From Eledone cirrhosa (lineage: Eukaryota), in assembly GCA_964016885.1 (NCBI GenBank), contig OZ024740.1:308264001-308328000 (forward strand): a stretch of DNA of 64,000 nt, written 5' to 3'. The number at the start of each line of letters is the position of its first letter. Within the stretch, counting starts at the first letter, position 1. The translations under genes were made by a program, and so were the position numbers. Below are positions 40,037 to 54,679 of the stretch, piece after piece. The notes beneath the pieces are model-generated. The model was not told where the DNA came from, made no database searches, and saw nothing but the letters and a program-made list of their open reading frames with translations.

Positions 40037-40410
40037 TGTATGTATGTATGTATGTATGTATGTATGTATGTATGTATGTATGTATGTATGTATGTATGCA
40101 AAAGTACATGAACTCCAGCCACAGCCGGCTATTCCCAGTGAATGTTTTGGTTGCCGACTCTGTGCAAGACATTTTAGATCATTGGCTGGGCTAAAAAGCC
40201 ATATTCGATCGCAGCGCTGTTAATTGCTATCGTGTGTGTGTGTATAGATATGTTTATGTGTGTGCGTGTGTGTGATATATATGTATATTATTATTGTTGT
40301 TGTTGTCGTTATTATTATTGTTGTTGTTATTATTATTATTGTTATTATTATGTTGTTTTTTTCTCGTGCAATGGCCATACTCGATAACGAGGGGGCAGCC
40401 ATCATCATGT
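39411..40410 (+). mobile_element. RTE-like LINE deletion derivative (5' region plus C2H2 C-terminus and 3' end)
   Basis: 5' part repeated at 38985-39300 and 49232-49780; CRLCARHFRSLAGLKSHIRS finger; 3' end gtgcaatggccatactcgataacgagggggcagcc also at 50366-50403. Confidence 0.6.
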
Positions 40411-40511
40411 ATGTATGTATGTATGGGATGACAATGAAGAAACATTAAGAGAAGGCAATCGTCTGTGAAGACGTTGCAATCCTCATGTATGTGCATGCGT
40501 CGGTATATATG

Positions 40512-40569
<58 letters not shown>

Positions 40570-40767
40570 CGCATGTGTATGTGTATGTGTATATGTAAAT
40601 GTGTGTATGTATATGAATGTGTGTATATGTGAAAGTGTGTGTGCGTGTTTGAGATTAAGAAATGGATGCACTAGAACAGTGGTCTACAACCGGTGGTCCG
40701 AGAGAAAATTTTGGTGGTCCGCAGACAAATTTGGACTAATTTTGCAATTTTTATATTTTATTAATAA

Positions 40768-41756
40768 CTAGCAGTAAAGCCCGGCGTTGCTCGGGGTCGC
40801 TCAGTAGCTGTGTTAAAGTTACAATGTTAAGTTTCTTTCTTGGCTTAAAAACTGTAGTGTCTACTGTGCAGACTTGCATGTGGTGTTTTTGATTAATATT
40901 CCCTCAACCAACAATATGCCTTATGAAGTTAAGAAAACATAACGATAACCCGAATGTTATAACAAAAGAGGATGCTGGGGATAGAAACTGCACTGGTTAT
41001 TTATTAACAAAGATCGAAAATGTAAACACTGCAACGCAGAGAAAAACATTAGCGTAACCAAATTATCAGTTATGTCTGTCTGCACGCCTATATCACCTCT
41101 CTGCACGACTGTCTGTCTGCACGCCTATATCACCTCTCTGCACGACTATCTGTCTGCACGCCTATATCACCTCTCTGCACGACTATCTGTCTGCACGCCT
41201 ATATCACCTCTCTGCACGACTATCTGTCTGCACGCGTATATCACCTCTCTGCACGACTGTCTGTCTGCACGACTGTCTGTCTGCACGCCTAACGACGAAA
41301 TATTTGCTTGTTTTACGTAGTCTTTAAATAGACTTGTTTTCAAGTAAAAATATTGTTTTAAAATGCTTTTAAATGGAAATGAAGCAAAACGGAAGCTTAG
41401 TGTTCGAACTGATGAATTTTGCAGGTCAATATTTTGCTGGCTCGACAACTGTCTGTTCGTGTATTGTGTTAATGTCATTTTAAACGCTGAGAAAGCCAGC
41501 GTAATTTTTTACATAAGACGCTCAATGTAAACAGAACAAAGGGAAATAACTGATAACTTACGCTCAAAAATCGATACATTATATTCGATTTCGTCACATA
41601 GGGTGGGTCAATTTGAAATTTTTTTTTTCCGATGTCTTCGCTAGGGCTCAATGTACAAGTATAGCAATTTCGGTGCAATTCCGTGAGAGATTCTAAGAGG
41701 AGATGTGTGCCAAAAATCGATAGACAGACAGACAACCACAGTTTTATATATATAGA
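40768..41756 (-). mobile_element. Non-autonomous Helitron with internal 37-bp minisatellite (41073-41290)
   Basis: A|TC 5' end (tctatatatataaaac), 3' hairpin cccgagcaacgccggg then CTAG|T. Confidence 0.8.
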
Positions 41757-41913
41757 TTAAACAAAAATAATATTCGGTTAAAATAATTTTGTTACAATTA
41801 AACAAGCTTTAAAGAGTTTGTTATAATTACATAAGCGTTTATAATTCTGTTATATTTAATAGGTGCATGTCATATTAATAAAATGTAAGTTTTCTGATCA
41901 TTATTTTACAAGG

Positions 41914-42100
41914 GCGATGGATTGGCAGTATCGGTAGAGGGTCGGACGCCATGCTTTGACGCATAGAGTTACGGCTCTTGCCATTCTGAGTTCAAATCCC
42001 GCCGAGGTTAACTTTGCCTTTCATCCTTACGGGGTCGATAAAATAAAGTACCAGTAATACACTGGGTAATTGCTGGCCTTGTGCCAAAAGTAGAAACAAT
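41914..42100 (+). mobile_element. tRNA-derived Nin-domain SINE, full length
   Basis: A/B boxes plus Nin core; similar copies at 42886-43071, 45004-45200, 59571-59752, 19353-19508, 58300-58450(-) and 61068-61172(-). Confidence 0.85.
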
Positions 42101-43474
42101 TATTTTACAAATGCATTTATCTTTTTTAAAAAATTCATATTAGTGATCTGCAGGATTTAAAATTATGAATTTAGTGGTCCGTGCGGTCCGAAAGGTTGGC
42201 GACCACTGCGCTAGAATGACTATCTCAGTTGACTAAAACGACTTGCCAGTTGATGACAGGCTCGTACAATTTCCTTTTGTCTCATTTATTATTTTATGTT
42301 ATGAGTTGTCAATCTTGCCGTGGTCAAATTTTTCTGTATTATGTGAACATATCTTCTTCTTGCACTTGCTCAATGAGACTGGGGTCATCCTAGGTCAGTG
42401 ATCCCAGAGGCATCATCGTGCGTAGAGCAGACCAATCCCACCAGTGCCCTCAATCATTGGCGGTCTCGTACCAACACCTCTGCATCCTGCAAGGTGACGT
42501 CGAGCCTCTAGAGATCTTTCTTGATGACATCCAGCCATCTTTCAGCCTGTAGCTGCTGCGTCGAATTAGAGTAAGGCCCTGGTAGGATGATATGGTGAGA
42601 GGCGGAGGACATGTCCATACCAGCGCATATGTAAACATATTACATGCTTTAACCTTTACTTGAAACATTAAACTAAATGCATATTCTATTAATTCACTGG
42701 CTAACTGCTTTTTCTTTTTCTGTGTATACTCCCATCTTCGCTCCTGTAAGGCTTTAAGTATCTCTTTCTAGTCTTCATCACAATTTCATCTACCCCTTTT
42801 TTGTATCTATCGCCTGCTTCTCCGCTATCATGACAGGGCTGAAACAAGTTACTCTATGGTTGTTTATTACTGCCACTCTCTCTTGTGGATTGGCAGTATC
42901 GGTAGAGGGTCGGGCGCCATGCTTTGAAGCATAGAGTTACCTCCCTTTATGCTCTGAGTTCAAATCCCACCGAGGTTAACTTTGCCTTTCATCCTTACGG
43001 CGTCGATAAAATAAAGTACCAGTAATGCACTGAGATAATTGCTGGCCTTGTGCCCAAAGTAGAAGCAATTATTACCACCTCTTATTTTTCCAATCACCTG
43101 CCTTTTCCCCCCTTATCTTTCATTCCTTCTCTTATACACACACATACGCACGCACGCACACACACGGACGCACGCACACACACACACATATATATACACA
43201 CAAACATACACACACACACACATATATATGTATATGTAGCAGTAATTTGATATTCTCTCCAATAGAGTTTCTTTCTCACGATCAAGCGGCGACCACGAAG
43301 CTGACTTTATGGCCTCATAAATAGGTATCCATTGTGAATCGGCTTTCGAATCGCCAAACGAAGGAATATTGATAAATAAGTTGATTTCATAGTCAACCAC
43401 AGCAGTTGCAGAGTTCATACCTACCAGATAAGATGTATTGGTCAACTGTTTCACACACTGACCCCTCTGTGCAC

Positions 43475-43512
<38 letters not shown>

Positions 43513-43723
43513 CAACCCAGGAACAGAAGTTTGGTGAATACATTTTTAATAATACCTTTGCAAGCAAGCAAACACACAAACACATCATACCTGATACATA
43601 ACGTCACACAATTCAACGGTGGTTATTTGTTCTTCGTGCATTGTTGTTTTAACGTCGATGACAGTTATATTTAATAAACATATTAACATAGCGGCTTTGT
43701 GTTATTGTGGTTGATATATTTCA

Positions 43724-44150
43724 CTAGCTGAGATACCCGGCTTCGCCCGGGAGAACAGAGAAAACGACTGTATGGGATGTGTTGTCTGGTATGAGGTGTG
43801 ACCGTAATGTGTGGGTGTGTGAGTGTGTGTGAGAGAGACATAAACAAAACAATCATAAAAGTTCCTTATTAGGCTGGGGGAGTAAACTGCCGATTAAATG
43901 GTAGCATTGGCCTTGGATTTTGTGAAATAACCTTAGTCAGTACGATCTTTTTCAGCTCCAAAGGACGTCATCTGAAACACAGCAATGTACCGCAAAACAT
44001 TGCTTCTGGGGTGTTTAGCTTCCTTAGTACAGTCTGTAAGTAGTATATGGATAAAAGCTGGAGGGTAGATTAATTTCAAATAGTATCAATTTTACTTTGT
44101 TCTGTAAAATCAAAGACTGTAAAACGACTTCATAAAAACTAACGCAATGT
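43724..44150 (-). mobile_element. Helitron derivative of the same family as 28790-29653
   Basis: Shares the RepHel fragment and terminal cccgggcgaagccggg..CTAG. Confidence 0.75.
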
Positions 44151-44215
44151 TGTGAAACCTTCCTATAGATCAAAGGATCTATAGTTTAAGCCGTTTTTAG
44201 ACTTTTGTGGGACGT

Positions 44216-44279
<64 letters not shown>

Positions 44280-44373
44280 ATCTAACACTTTAATTGTATC
44301 TCTCTCTGTATAACGGCCTATTTCTCTCTTTCTGCCTTTCCCTCTGTGTCTCTCTCTCTTTAGATGTGTGTGT

Positions 44374-44414
<41 letters not shown>

Positions 44415-44534
44415 TGTGTGTGTGTGCACGCGGGGAGGGGAGGGGGTTATGTGTGTTGTTTTTTCATGTGATTATACCAATCAATCAGCTAGCCAACCAA
44501 TTAACATCTTTCTTTTATATTATATATATATTTA

Positions 44535-44910
44535 CTTCCAGCAGGTCCTGTCACAAGCAACCATCTCCAACTGACCCAGATGGATCCCCAAGCGTGACCA
44601 GCCAAGCTTATGGATGTTATCTAACCACCTTCCCCAGGGTCTACCCCTGGGTCTCCTACCAGCTGGTTTCGCCAATAAAATCTGTTCAACGATTCTTTCC
44701 TGAGACATTCTCACCACATGCCCTTAATATCGGTGCTGTCATCTCTCAACTCGGAGAGTAGTGGCTCCACCTGGAGTGACTCTATGATTTCCGAGTTACG
44801 CACTCTATCGAGTAACGTTAACCCAAAGACCCTTCGGATGAACCCTGATTCGACCACTTGTATTCGCGATCGTATTCTTTCGGGGATTAATTATCCAAGA
44901 TTCATGACTG
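44535..44910 (-). mobile_element. RTE-like LINE 3' fragment
   Basis: GRRPRGRP..RW.D.I motif; related to 57648-57895 and 12880-12957. Confidence 0.75.
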
Positions 44911-45273
44911 TAGGTAAGGAAACCAACTCAATTTCTCTAACTAAGTGATATAAAATATTATAATTAAAAACATGAATCTTGTTCTCATTATCCTATATTT
45001 TCAGGGCGGTGGATTGGCAGTGTCGGTAGAGGGTCGGACACCCTGCTTTGCAGCATAGAGTTACGACCCTTTATGATCTGAGTTCAAATCCCGCCGAGGT
45101 TAACCTTGCCTTTCATCCTTACGGGGTCGATAAAATAAAGTACCAGTCACGCACTGGGGTCGATTTAATCGACTTTCCCCCAAAAAATTGCTGGCCTTGT
45201 TTCTGTATAAGAAATTAAAAACGTATGTTTGTGTATTATGTGTGAGGCTCATGTAATAGCAAACATGTCTTAC

Positions 45274-45328
45274 CTGGGCTCTACATAAGAAATATTGAAG
45301 AGTGGCGGCGGAGCGACTGCATGAACAC
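45274..45328 (-). CDS. Metallopeptidase exon 2: (S)VHAVAPPPLFNISYVEP(R)
   Basis: gttacag acceptor, gtaaga donor; phases 1 and 2 fit both neighbours. Confidence 0.75.
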
Positions 45329-45541
45329 CTGTAACAACAACAAAAAATCGTGGAAATGTTTAAATAACAACTATCACGTAAACACACACTCATGAACGTG
45401 CACGCATACACACATGAACACATACATATATATATATACAACTATTACACTAACACACACACATAGACAACAACAATTATCACATTATCTACACACACAG
45501 ACACACACAGAATTGCATTCTCACTTTTTCCCCTCTCCCCA

Positions 45542-45597
<56 letters not shown>

Positions 45598-46190
45598 ACT
45601 AACATACTAACACACACAGATAGACAATAATTATTACACTATGTACACATATAGACACACAGAATTACATTCTCGCTTTTCTCTCTTTCCCTACTCTCTC
45701 ACACATACACACAAACACATAATATATTATAGGTTTTTAAGCAAACAAAATCAGTGTAGTCCATACATTTAGTAGAGAGTCAAATATCTTAAGCGTTATC
45801 TACTTCCTCAGTGGTAATACAAAGTAACTCTGAGTTTCAAATCCAGACGATAAAAAAGATTGAGATCTTTCTCGAATATTAATGACATAGAAATTGATAT
45901 TTTTCGTGCAGTAGTATTGCATCATGGGTTTGAAAATATGGTAAGGGGAAAAGCTCATTGCATATAAATAATTATTGTTAGGGTGGGTTATTTTTTTTAG
46001 GGTGAATGAAAGATTAAGAGAATGAAGGTGCTCGAGTATATAAACGGTTCTCTTTGAGTTACGCTGATGAACGAATCACTGGTCCATATATTGCTAGTAA
46101 CGACTGTAGAAATACAATAAAGAATAGAGAATATATTATGTATTTCAATTTGTATCTTGAATTTGTTTTCAAGTATCTCTCCATTTTAGC

Positions 46191-46402
<212 letters not shown>

Positions 46403-47085
46403 CTACGGTTATGAGATGCGGCTTGTTATTTTAGGTATCACTTCTGTTTTTAGCCTAAGAAAATATCTATATGCGTGTGTAATTAATACACGCATACATT
46501 TATTTTTTTATTTCAATTGAGTTCTTAACACGTTGGATTGATAATGTTTTTGAAAAAACTAATTAACCCACGTGAATATTATTTTATTTTCTCGAGAATT
46601 GTGGTTGTCTCCCTTTCCCGCTTCGTGACGCTATGAAACTTCCTCAGTCAAAAGACTGCCGGGATTTCAAATTTGGCGGTCATTCGATGCGTGAAGGAGC
46701 AGCTTAGCAGACACGATTTTTAACTGCGGTAAGAATTTTTTCTTATATCAAAGTTTAATGGGCTTCCACTGAAGATTTATAAGTGCCCACCTAAATATAT
46801 TCTTACATGAATATATGTTAGGCTTCTACATAAACTGGAAATATTCTCCCAATTTGTAGAAAACTTATAATGAAACAATTGTTTGGAAAGAGAGATATAT
46901 TTTAACTTTAATTATATCTCATAAAATAATACAACTGGCTTTCCACAAAATGCATATAGTTAGCACCCCAAACACTTAAATTGGGTTTATACTAACATAT
47001 AACCTAATGTTTTTGTTGAGTGAGATGGTTACCAGTCGGAGTTTAGCTTTAAGCTATCTCTGTTATTGTATTAAATAAAATGTAT

Positions 47086-47118
<33 letters not shown>

Positions 47119-47122
<4 letters not shown>

Positions 47123-47349
47123 TAAAAGAGAAAACACAGGTAAGCATTAAGAGAAGGATTTAATACCTGGATTAAATCCTTCTCTTAATGCTTACCTGTG
47201 TTTTCTCTTTTATACTTTATACTCCAAGATTGAACGGAATTCTTACAAACTTGTGGAGTTACCCCTAACCGTACGTTGAAACCATCCATGAAACTGGCTT
47301 TCTTAACCAAAAACTGGATCACAATAAGCAATTTTTTGCTTCTCTAACT
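47119..47349 (+). mobile_element. Hairpin-plus-tail insertion in (TA)n
   Basis: Perfect 46-bp arms 47119-47164 / 47171-47216, then TTATACTCC and a ~130-nt tail. Confidence 0.8.
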
Positions 47350-47409
47350 ATATATATATATATATATATTAGTACAGATTAACATTTTATTAAACAATTT
47401 TTGCTTTCA

Positions 47410-48772
47410 CCCTAAGCGGAATCATTTACAATTATTCCGTGATGCCGACATTTGCAGGGGAAAAACAGTCAGGAAGGGAATTCCAGTATTGAGATGCTTT
47501 GAAGAAAAGACTGGGCGAAGTATTTGATATGGAGCATGGTGGGATTCACACTGAGTGGTCATCGAAAGGAGGACTGACGAGTGTAAGTAGGTCCGAGGAG
47601 ATGTGGTATGTAACAAGCTAGTTTAGAGTATGTCACAGTTATAGTGGTGGTATGACAGGCATACAATGGAGGAGACAATCTGTGAGCTAAAGATTGTAAT
47701 GGGTAGGTAAGAGAGTTTTTGCCAATCATTCAGATGACTTTCTTTGGATGCGGTTATGGATGTTTGTGCGTAGTAAATGTAGCAGCAATTGTAGCAGTAA
47801 CTGTAGCAGTAACTACAGTAAATATAACAGTAACTTATCAATGCTAAAGTACCTTTCTGGCCATGAAGAGGAAGAATTTTCTTTTTGATTCACGATTTGT
47901 TATATTAGGAATGTCAGATCTCCAAATAGGTTCCTTGGGCATTGCGTGACCAAGCATTTATGGCGACTTCAATGGTTTTCATTACATGTCCAAAACTAAT
48001 GAGGATGGGGTGCCAGATTCCTTCTTTGGCATGTGAATTTATCGCATGTTTATGCTTTAGAAAGAGATAAAATTGCCACGTCCACATTGACTGATTCATG
48101 TTTGAAATGCGGTGGCATTTCAACATGAATCATGTTGCATGTGGATAACGTTTAAATACTAACAGTTATGGAGGCATAAAGAGGGATATTATCTGCAGAG
48201 AAGTAGAGATTGTTAGAAGTGACAGCAAGCAAGACGTTAAAGTACAAAAGGAGTTGATGGAATATGAGTCACAATGAGTGCAACCTGCAAGAATGCGAAC
48301 TAACAGTATGATTCTAATACAAAATGTCAGACGGATGAAACGATATTGCCTTTTCTGAACTTCTCACAGGACAAGGGACCACCAGTAAGGGATATTGGAG
48401 AGCTGGTCCCTGCCAGATTGTCTATACGGAATCCATACTGGTGACCAAGTAATCAATATATTGGAGAATGTGATTGTTAATGACTGTCTTCATCATTTTT
48501 GAGAAGCTGGAAATGAGAATGATAGGCCGATAGTTGGCAGGGATTTTTGAAGAGTAAACATGTGACATGTAACCAAAGATTAGAATAGATCCTTGTAGAA
48601 GATGAATTTGGCAAAGATAAGAGCTTCCTGTGGAGTGTAATGGAATGATGAACTTGTTAGTTTGAATTGATCACGGAGATGGTTGTGGAGGAGAATGAAG
48701 AAGAGAAGGGCGAGAAAGAGGACATTTGAAATCACCGCGAAGTTCTAGTCCCGTAGAATTAATTCCGGAATG

Positions 48773-48775
<3 letters not shown>
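47410..48775 (-). mobile_element. Highly degenerate, internally deleted CR1/L2-group LINE
   Basis: Minus-strand end reads FFKASQYWNSLP; the rest is coding-like but broken. Confidence 0.45.
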
Positions 48776-48806
<31 letters not shown>

Positions 48807-48912
48807 TGCGGTTGTGTGTGTGTGTGTATGAATCGACCTGTTATTTTTCTCTAAAAACATTTTTTCCAATTCCACCCCACCCGTCCCTTCAATCTATCTA
48901 ATTTTTCATTCT

Positions 48913-48949
48913 TTTTTCTGATGAAGGACTAACGTCCGAAACGTTAAGA
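48913..48949 (+). ncRNA. Minimal hammerhead ribozyme
   Basis: tttt-CTGATGA-A-ggac-taac-gtcc-GAAA-cg-TT-aaga; weak stem I. Confidence 0.7.
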
Positions 48950-49802
48950 CCCTCTTCCTGCTATTTCGAGCATTAACCTAATATTTTCCTTCCATATACT
49001 GTACCGATTGTGTTGTTATTTCTGTTTACCTTTTACATACACATATATATATATATGTATATATATATATAGGGAAATGTTTAACCCCAATACTCTGATG
49101 CGTTATTGTCCATCTGGTTCCTTACCACACTTCCTTCGTTATATATATATATAGAGAGAGGGGGGTGGGGATAGATGTCTGTGTGAGTGTGTTTGCGTGT
49201 GTGTGTACGTATGTATGCATATATATATATGTCGGGTCACTCTTGAGTGCTTCTGGTAACATGTAACCCAGTACAACCTGTCGCATGGTCGGGTCGTCGG
49301 CGACTAAACGGACAACCTCACCAAGTTTACTTGGTGAACTTGGTGAGGTGGGTGATTTGGGACACCCTGCAGGACAAAAAACAAAACCTGACAAAGGGCG
49401 TAAGAACTCATAAGAGTCAACGGCCATCCAAAAGTGTGTAAATATGTATATACACATGTACATATGTATGTATATGTATATGTGTATATGCATGGGTGTA
49501 TGTGTATGTATATGCGCGGGGACATAGAAATAGTCGAGCTGGACACCCGATCGCGCGGTTAAACCACTGGGAGTGAAGGACCCCTAGCCTTTGTCAGGGC
49601 ATTCTTCATTGTCAGGAAACTGGGATAACTCCGATATAAAACCTGCGGCTCAGTAGTTACCGATGATGTTGATCTTTTCTTCTTTTCGGATTATAGCTAC
49701 TGTCCCTCAGAGAGTGGGATCGGCTCAGTGAACAGTCTTTCCTCACTTTAAAAAATATCTTCACGCACAGGCATTGCTCGATAGAATTAATTAATAATCT
49801 AA

Positions 49803-50348
49803 TCTATAATAAAGGAAGATCTGCGGGACTGCGTACGGTTTATTTTTCTTTTATCCCGCTTGTAAAATAAGTTGGATTACTTTGAATAAATAATTGAATG
49901 AATGAATATTACATAATTTATCTACTAAATTTCGTAAACAAAAATAATGTCGTAAAAAAAAAAATTTTAAATTGACTTCTTTTCAAAGTTGCACTTCCGG
50001 TATATCGTTGCCACCACCACCACTTCAACTACCATATATATAGAAAGAGAGAGTATGTGATATCAACACTTCCGGTGGCGATCACTTAAATAAACATACT
50101 AATTTTCTGTCACTAATTTTCTCCTAATGCAGTTTATATATAATATCGTCTTTTTTTAATGTATCATGGATTACGTTATTGATTACAGAAGACAGTGTCA
50201 CACAGTCTTCGTTCAATTTCTGTGTATGTTGTCAATTACGATTTTATTTGATGTATCATATCTACATGTATATATACCTGCGTATAATATCAATATACAC
50301 ACTACACATGCTAGCAGATAACCACCCGAAGGGTGGTTTTTCTGCTAG
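49803..50348 (+). mobile_element. Non-autonomous Helitron
   Basis: A|TCtataataaa 5' end; accacccgaagggtggt hairpin then CTAG|T. Confidence 0.7.
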
Positions 50349-50650
50349 TTATTAATAATGGTATATCGTGCAATGGCCATACTCGATAACGAGGGGGCAG
50401 CCATTATATATGTATATATACATATATATATATATGCATACATTTATATATAGGTATGTACACACACACACACACACACATATATATATGTGTACACACA
50501 GATGGTTATATTTAATTATGTTTATATAGGAAAGTAAGCGCGTGTGAAAGTTGTCGGATGTACATTTGCCTCTGAGCGTATACCTATGTAAATTTTGTAC
50601 AATCGTCCATGTAAGTGTGCATATACAGAAGAGCATACGTATGTGTTATG

Positions 50651-50751
<101 letters not shown>

Positions 50752-51389
50752 CTGTGTGTGTGTGTGTTCTTATTCATCTACGTATACGTTCATGTGTATA
50801 TATGTGTATATATGCATACATATATATTTATCTTATATATAGATATGTATGTGAATACACACACACACACACACACATACATACACACATACATATACAT
50901 ACACACATATATATATATATATATATGCGTCTGTGTGTGAGTCTGTGTATGTATTCTATTACGTATGGCTGTATTATGGCTGTATTAAACACTTTTTCTA
51001 GTGGACCCGTATCATCAATAATGACGGCAATAGCGTTAAACGTGTATAAGTTTTGCAGTCAGGTTTACCGGGTATATGAACAACCATACAAAATTGAGAA
51101 TTTCAGTTTTGTTTATGTTGATTATTCATGCATAAAATTGGTTGAAAATACAAATTATATTTTCATAATATATTTCTATGCTATAATTACATAAAAGTTT
51201 GGTATATATGTACAAATAATATTAGGATAAAATGTATGTGTAATTTTGGAAAAGTATCTGGTTACAAAGATAAATGTTGGGTTATAACTCAGAAACATGT
51301 GACAGTAAGTAAAGTAAACTCCTTCGACCAACATAACTGAGATAATAAATGCATTGTGTGTATGTTTGTTTGTGTAGATTTTAAATATA

Positions 51390-51758
<369 letters not shown>

Positions 51759-51873
51759 ATAAATATATATATAAATGAAAAGTATAGAAATTATTGTAAC
51801 AAGAAGCCAACAGTATTCCATAATATATAAGTGACTATAGCGTCAAAATGGATAAATGGTTAACGTAAGATGT

Positions 51874-51945
<72 letters not shown>

Positions 51946-52417
51946 TATTTGGAGATGGACATGTTGCCATTATTGTCAATATATTACACACACACACATA
52001 TATATATACACACAAATACAGACACACATTTAGAAACCCTTCCTATTTAGCAGGAAACATTCGCTACACACATTCTATCCTAACACAAGTTATATGATAC
52101 ATATGACTTAATATTTAGTCACCAAATTCTAGCTAGATACAGTAATGCTGTATTCGATTTTTGAAGTCACCTGTTATAATTTCATTCAACAAATCAACAC
52201 CAACAGCTCTCTCTCTCTCTCTCCCTCCCTCCCTCTCCCTCTCTACCCCTCCCTCTCTATGTCTCTCTTTCAATATACTCTCTCACAACCACTATCTCTT
52301 TCACTCTATCTTTGTCTGTCTCTCTCTCTATATCTCTCTCTCTATATATAATATATCTATATATACGTGTGTGCGTGTGTGTGTGTATGTATATATACGT
52401 GTGTGCGTGTGTGTGTG

Positions 52418-52450
<33 letters not shown>

Positions 52451-52519
52451 ATTTGTGACAGACACCCACATATACCTATGTATGTATACACGCACATATA
52501 CACATGCACATATACACAT

Positions 52520-53322
<803 letters not shown>

Positions 53323-54338
53323 ATATACCTTCCCTCTTTCTCTAACAATTCCCCCTTTCTCATTAAAACAACAAACTCTCTCCCCTTCACTCTATACCAC
53401 TACATACCTTACTCTCTCTCACAATTCCCCCTCTCACTAGACCACCAAATTCTCTCTCCTCTCTATATATTCCACTACATAACTCACTCTCCTTCACTCT
53501 TTTAATTCCCCCTCTCTAACTAAACCAACAAATACTCTTCCGCTCTCTATATCCCATTACATGCCTCACTCTCTCTCACAATTCCCCCTCTCTCACAAAA
53601 ACAACAAACTCCCTCCCCCTCCTTATATTCTACTACATACCTCACTCTCGCTCACTCTCACAATGCCCTCTCACTAAACTAACAAATTTTCTCTCCCTCT
53701 CTATATCCCACTACAATATTTTTAACTTCGAAACACCACATGTTTTCATCTTCTGTAAAGAACGCCAAAGTTCTCCACCCCTCTCCTACCTTCTGAACCC
53801 CTAGGGTGTGGGGGAGATCTTTCTTTTTTTTTGTGGTGTGCTTTTGTTGAATTATTTGACAGGAGTTTAAAATATGTGGTGGTGGAGGGTGGCGGTGGTG
53901 TGGTGGTGTTGGTAGTAGTGTGGTGGCGGTGATAATGGTGGTGTAGAGGGTGGTGGTGGTGGTAGTGTGATGTTGGTGGTGTTTGTTTATTTTGAATATA
54001 TCTATCTTGAAAATTCCATTTTACATTATATGCATGTATGTATGTATTTTAATTATTTTTAAATTATTTTTAAGTGAACATGATTAAAAAAATATATTTT
54101 CAAGGGAACGGGTGATGTAGTATACTACTAAAACTCTGTGATTGTGTGCTTGTCTGTAATTTAATACAGCAAAATGGCGCATAATGCGAACATTCTTTGA
54201 AAGGAAGTTCCACCTGAAATGGAAATACAAATGGAATAAAACAAGTTTCGCGTAAATCGGAGCACCGGTTCCCGAAGTACGAGGCTTTTCCGGGTACCTT
54301 CATAAATAGAGATAGTGGTTGTGAGAGAGTAGATGGAA

Positions 54339-54398
<60 letters not shown>

Positions 54399-54570
54399 CA
54401 AACATCACGGACGCTCTATCTCAAAATTATTTTTGAAAAGCATTAGAAATGCGCAACCGGTAAAACTTAAAACCAAAACTGAATACTAACCAATACAATT
54501 ACTAATTCTCAATTCCTAATTAAACTATTTTTCACTGTGAACAATTTGTCAGCATTTTCTATTCCGTTTA

Positions 54571-54679
<109 letters not shown>

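Larger units (their letters stand above)
40677..42208. mobile_element. hAT-type MITE hosting a nested Helitron and SINE
   Basis: TIR cagtggtctacaacc / ggttggcgaccactg; TSD cactagaa / cgctagaa. Confidence 0.75.

Noticed and set aside
41914-42005. tRNA-like sequences with A and B boxes
   Set aside because: They are SINE heads continuing into the Nin domain, with no complete cloverleaf
43280-43420. Possible extra exon of the peptidase (open frame with AG/GT)
   Set aside because: Its phase (1/1) does not fit the phase-2 intron between exons 2 and 3, which already join cleanly
46064-46125. CTGATGA...GAAA next to a (CA)n tract
   Set aside because: Stems I and III do not pair convincingly; at best a highly decayed motif
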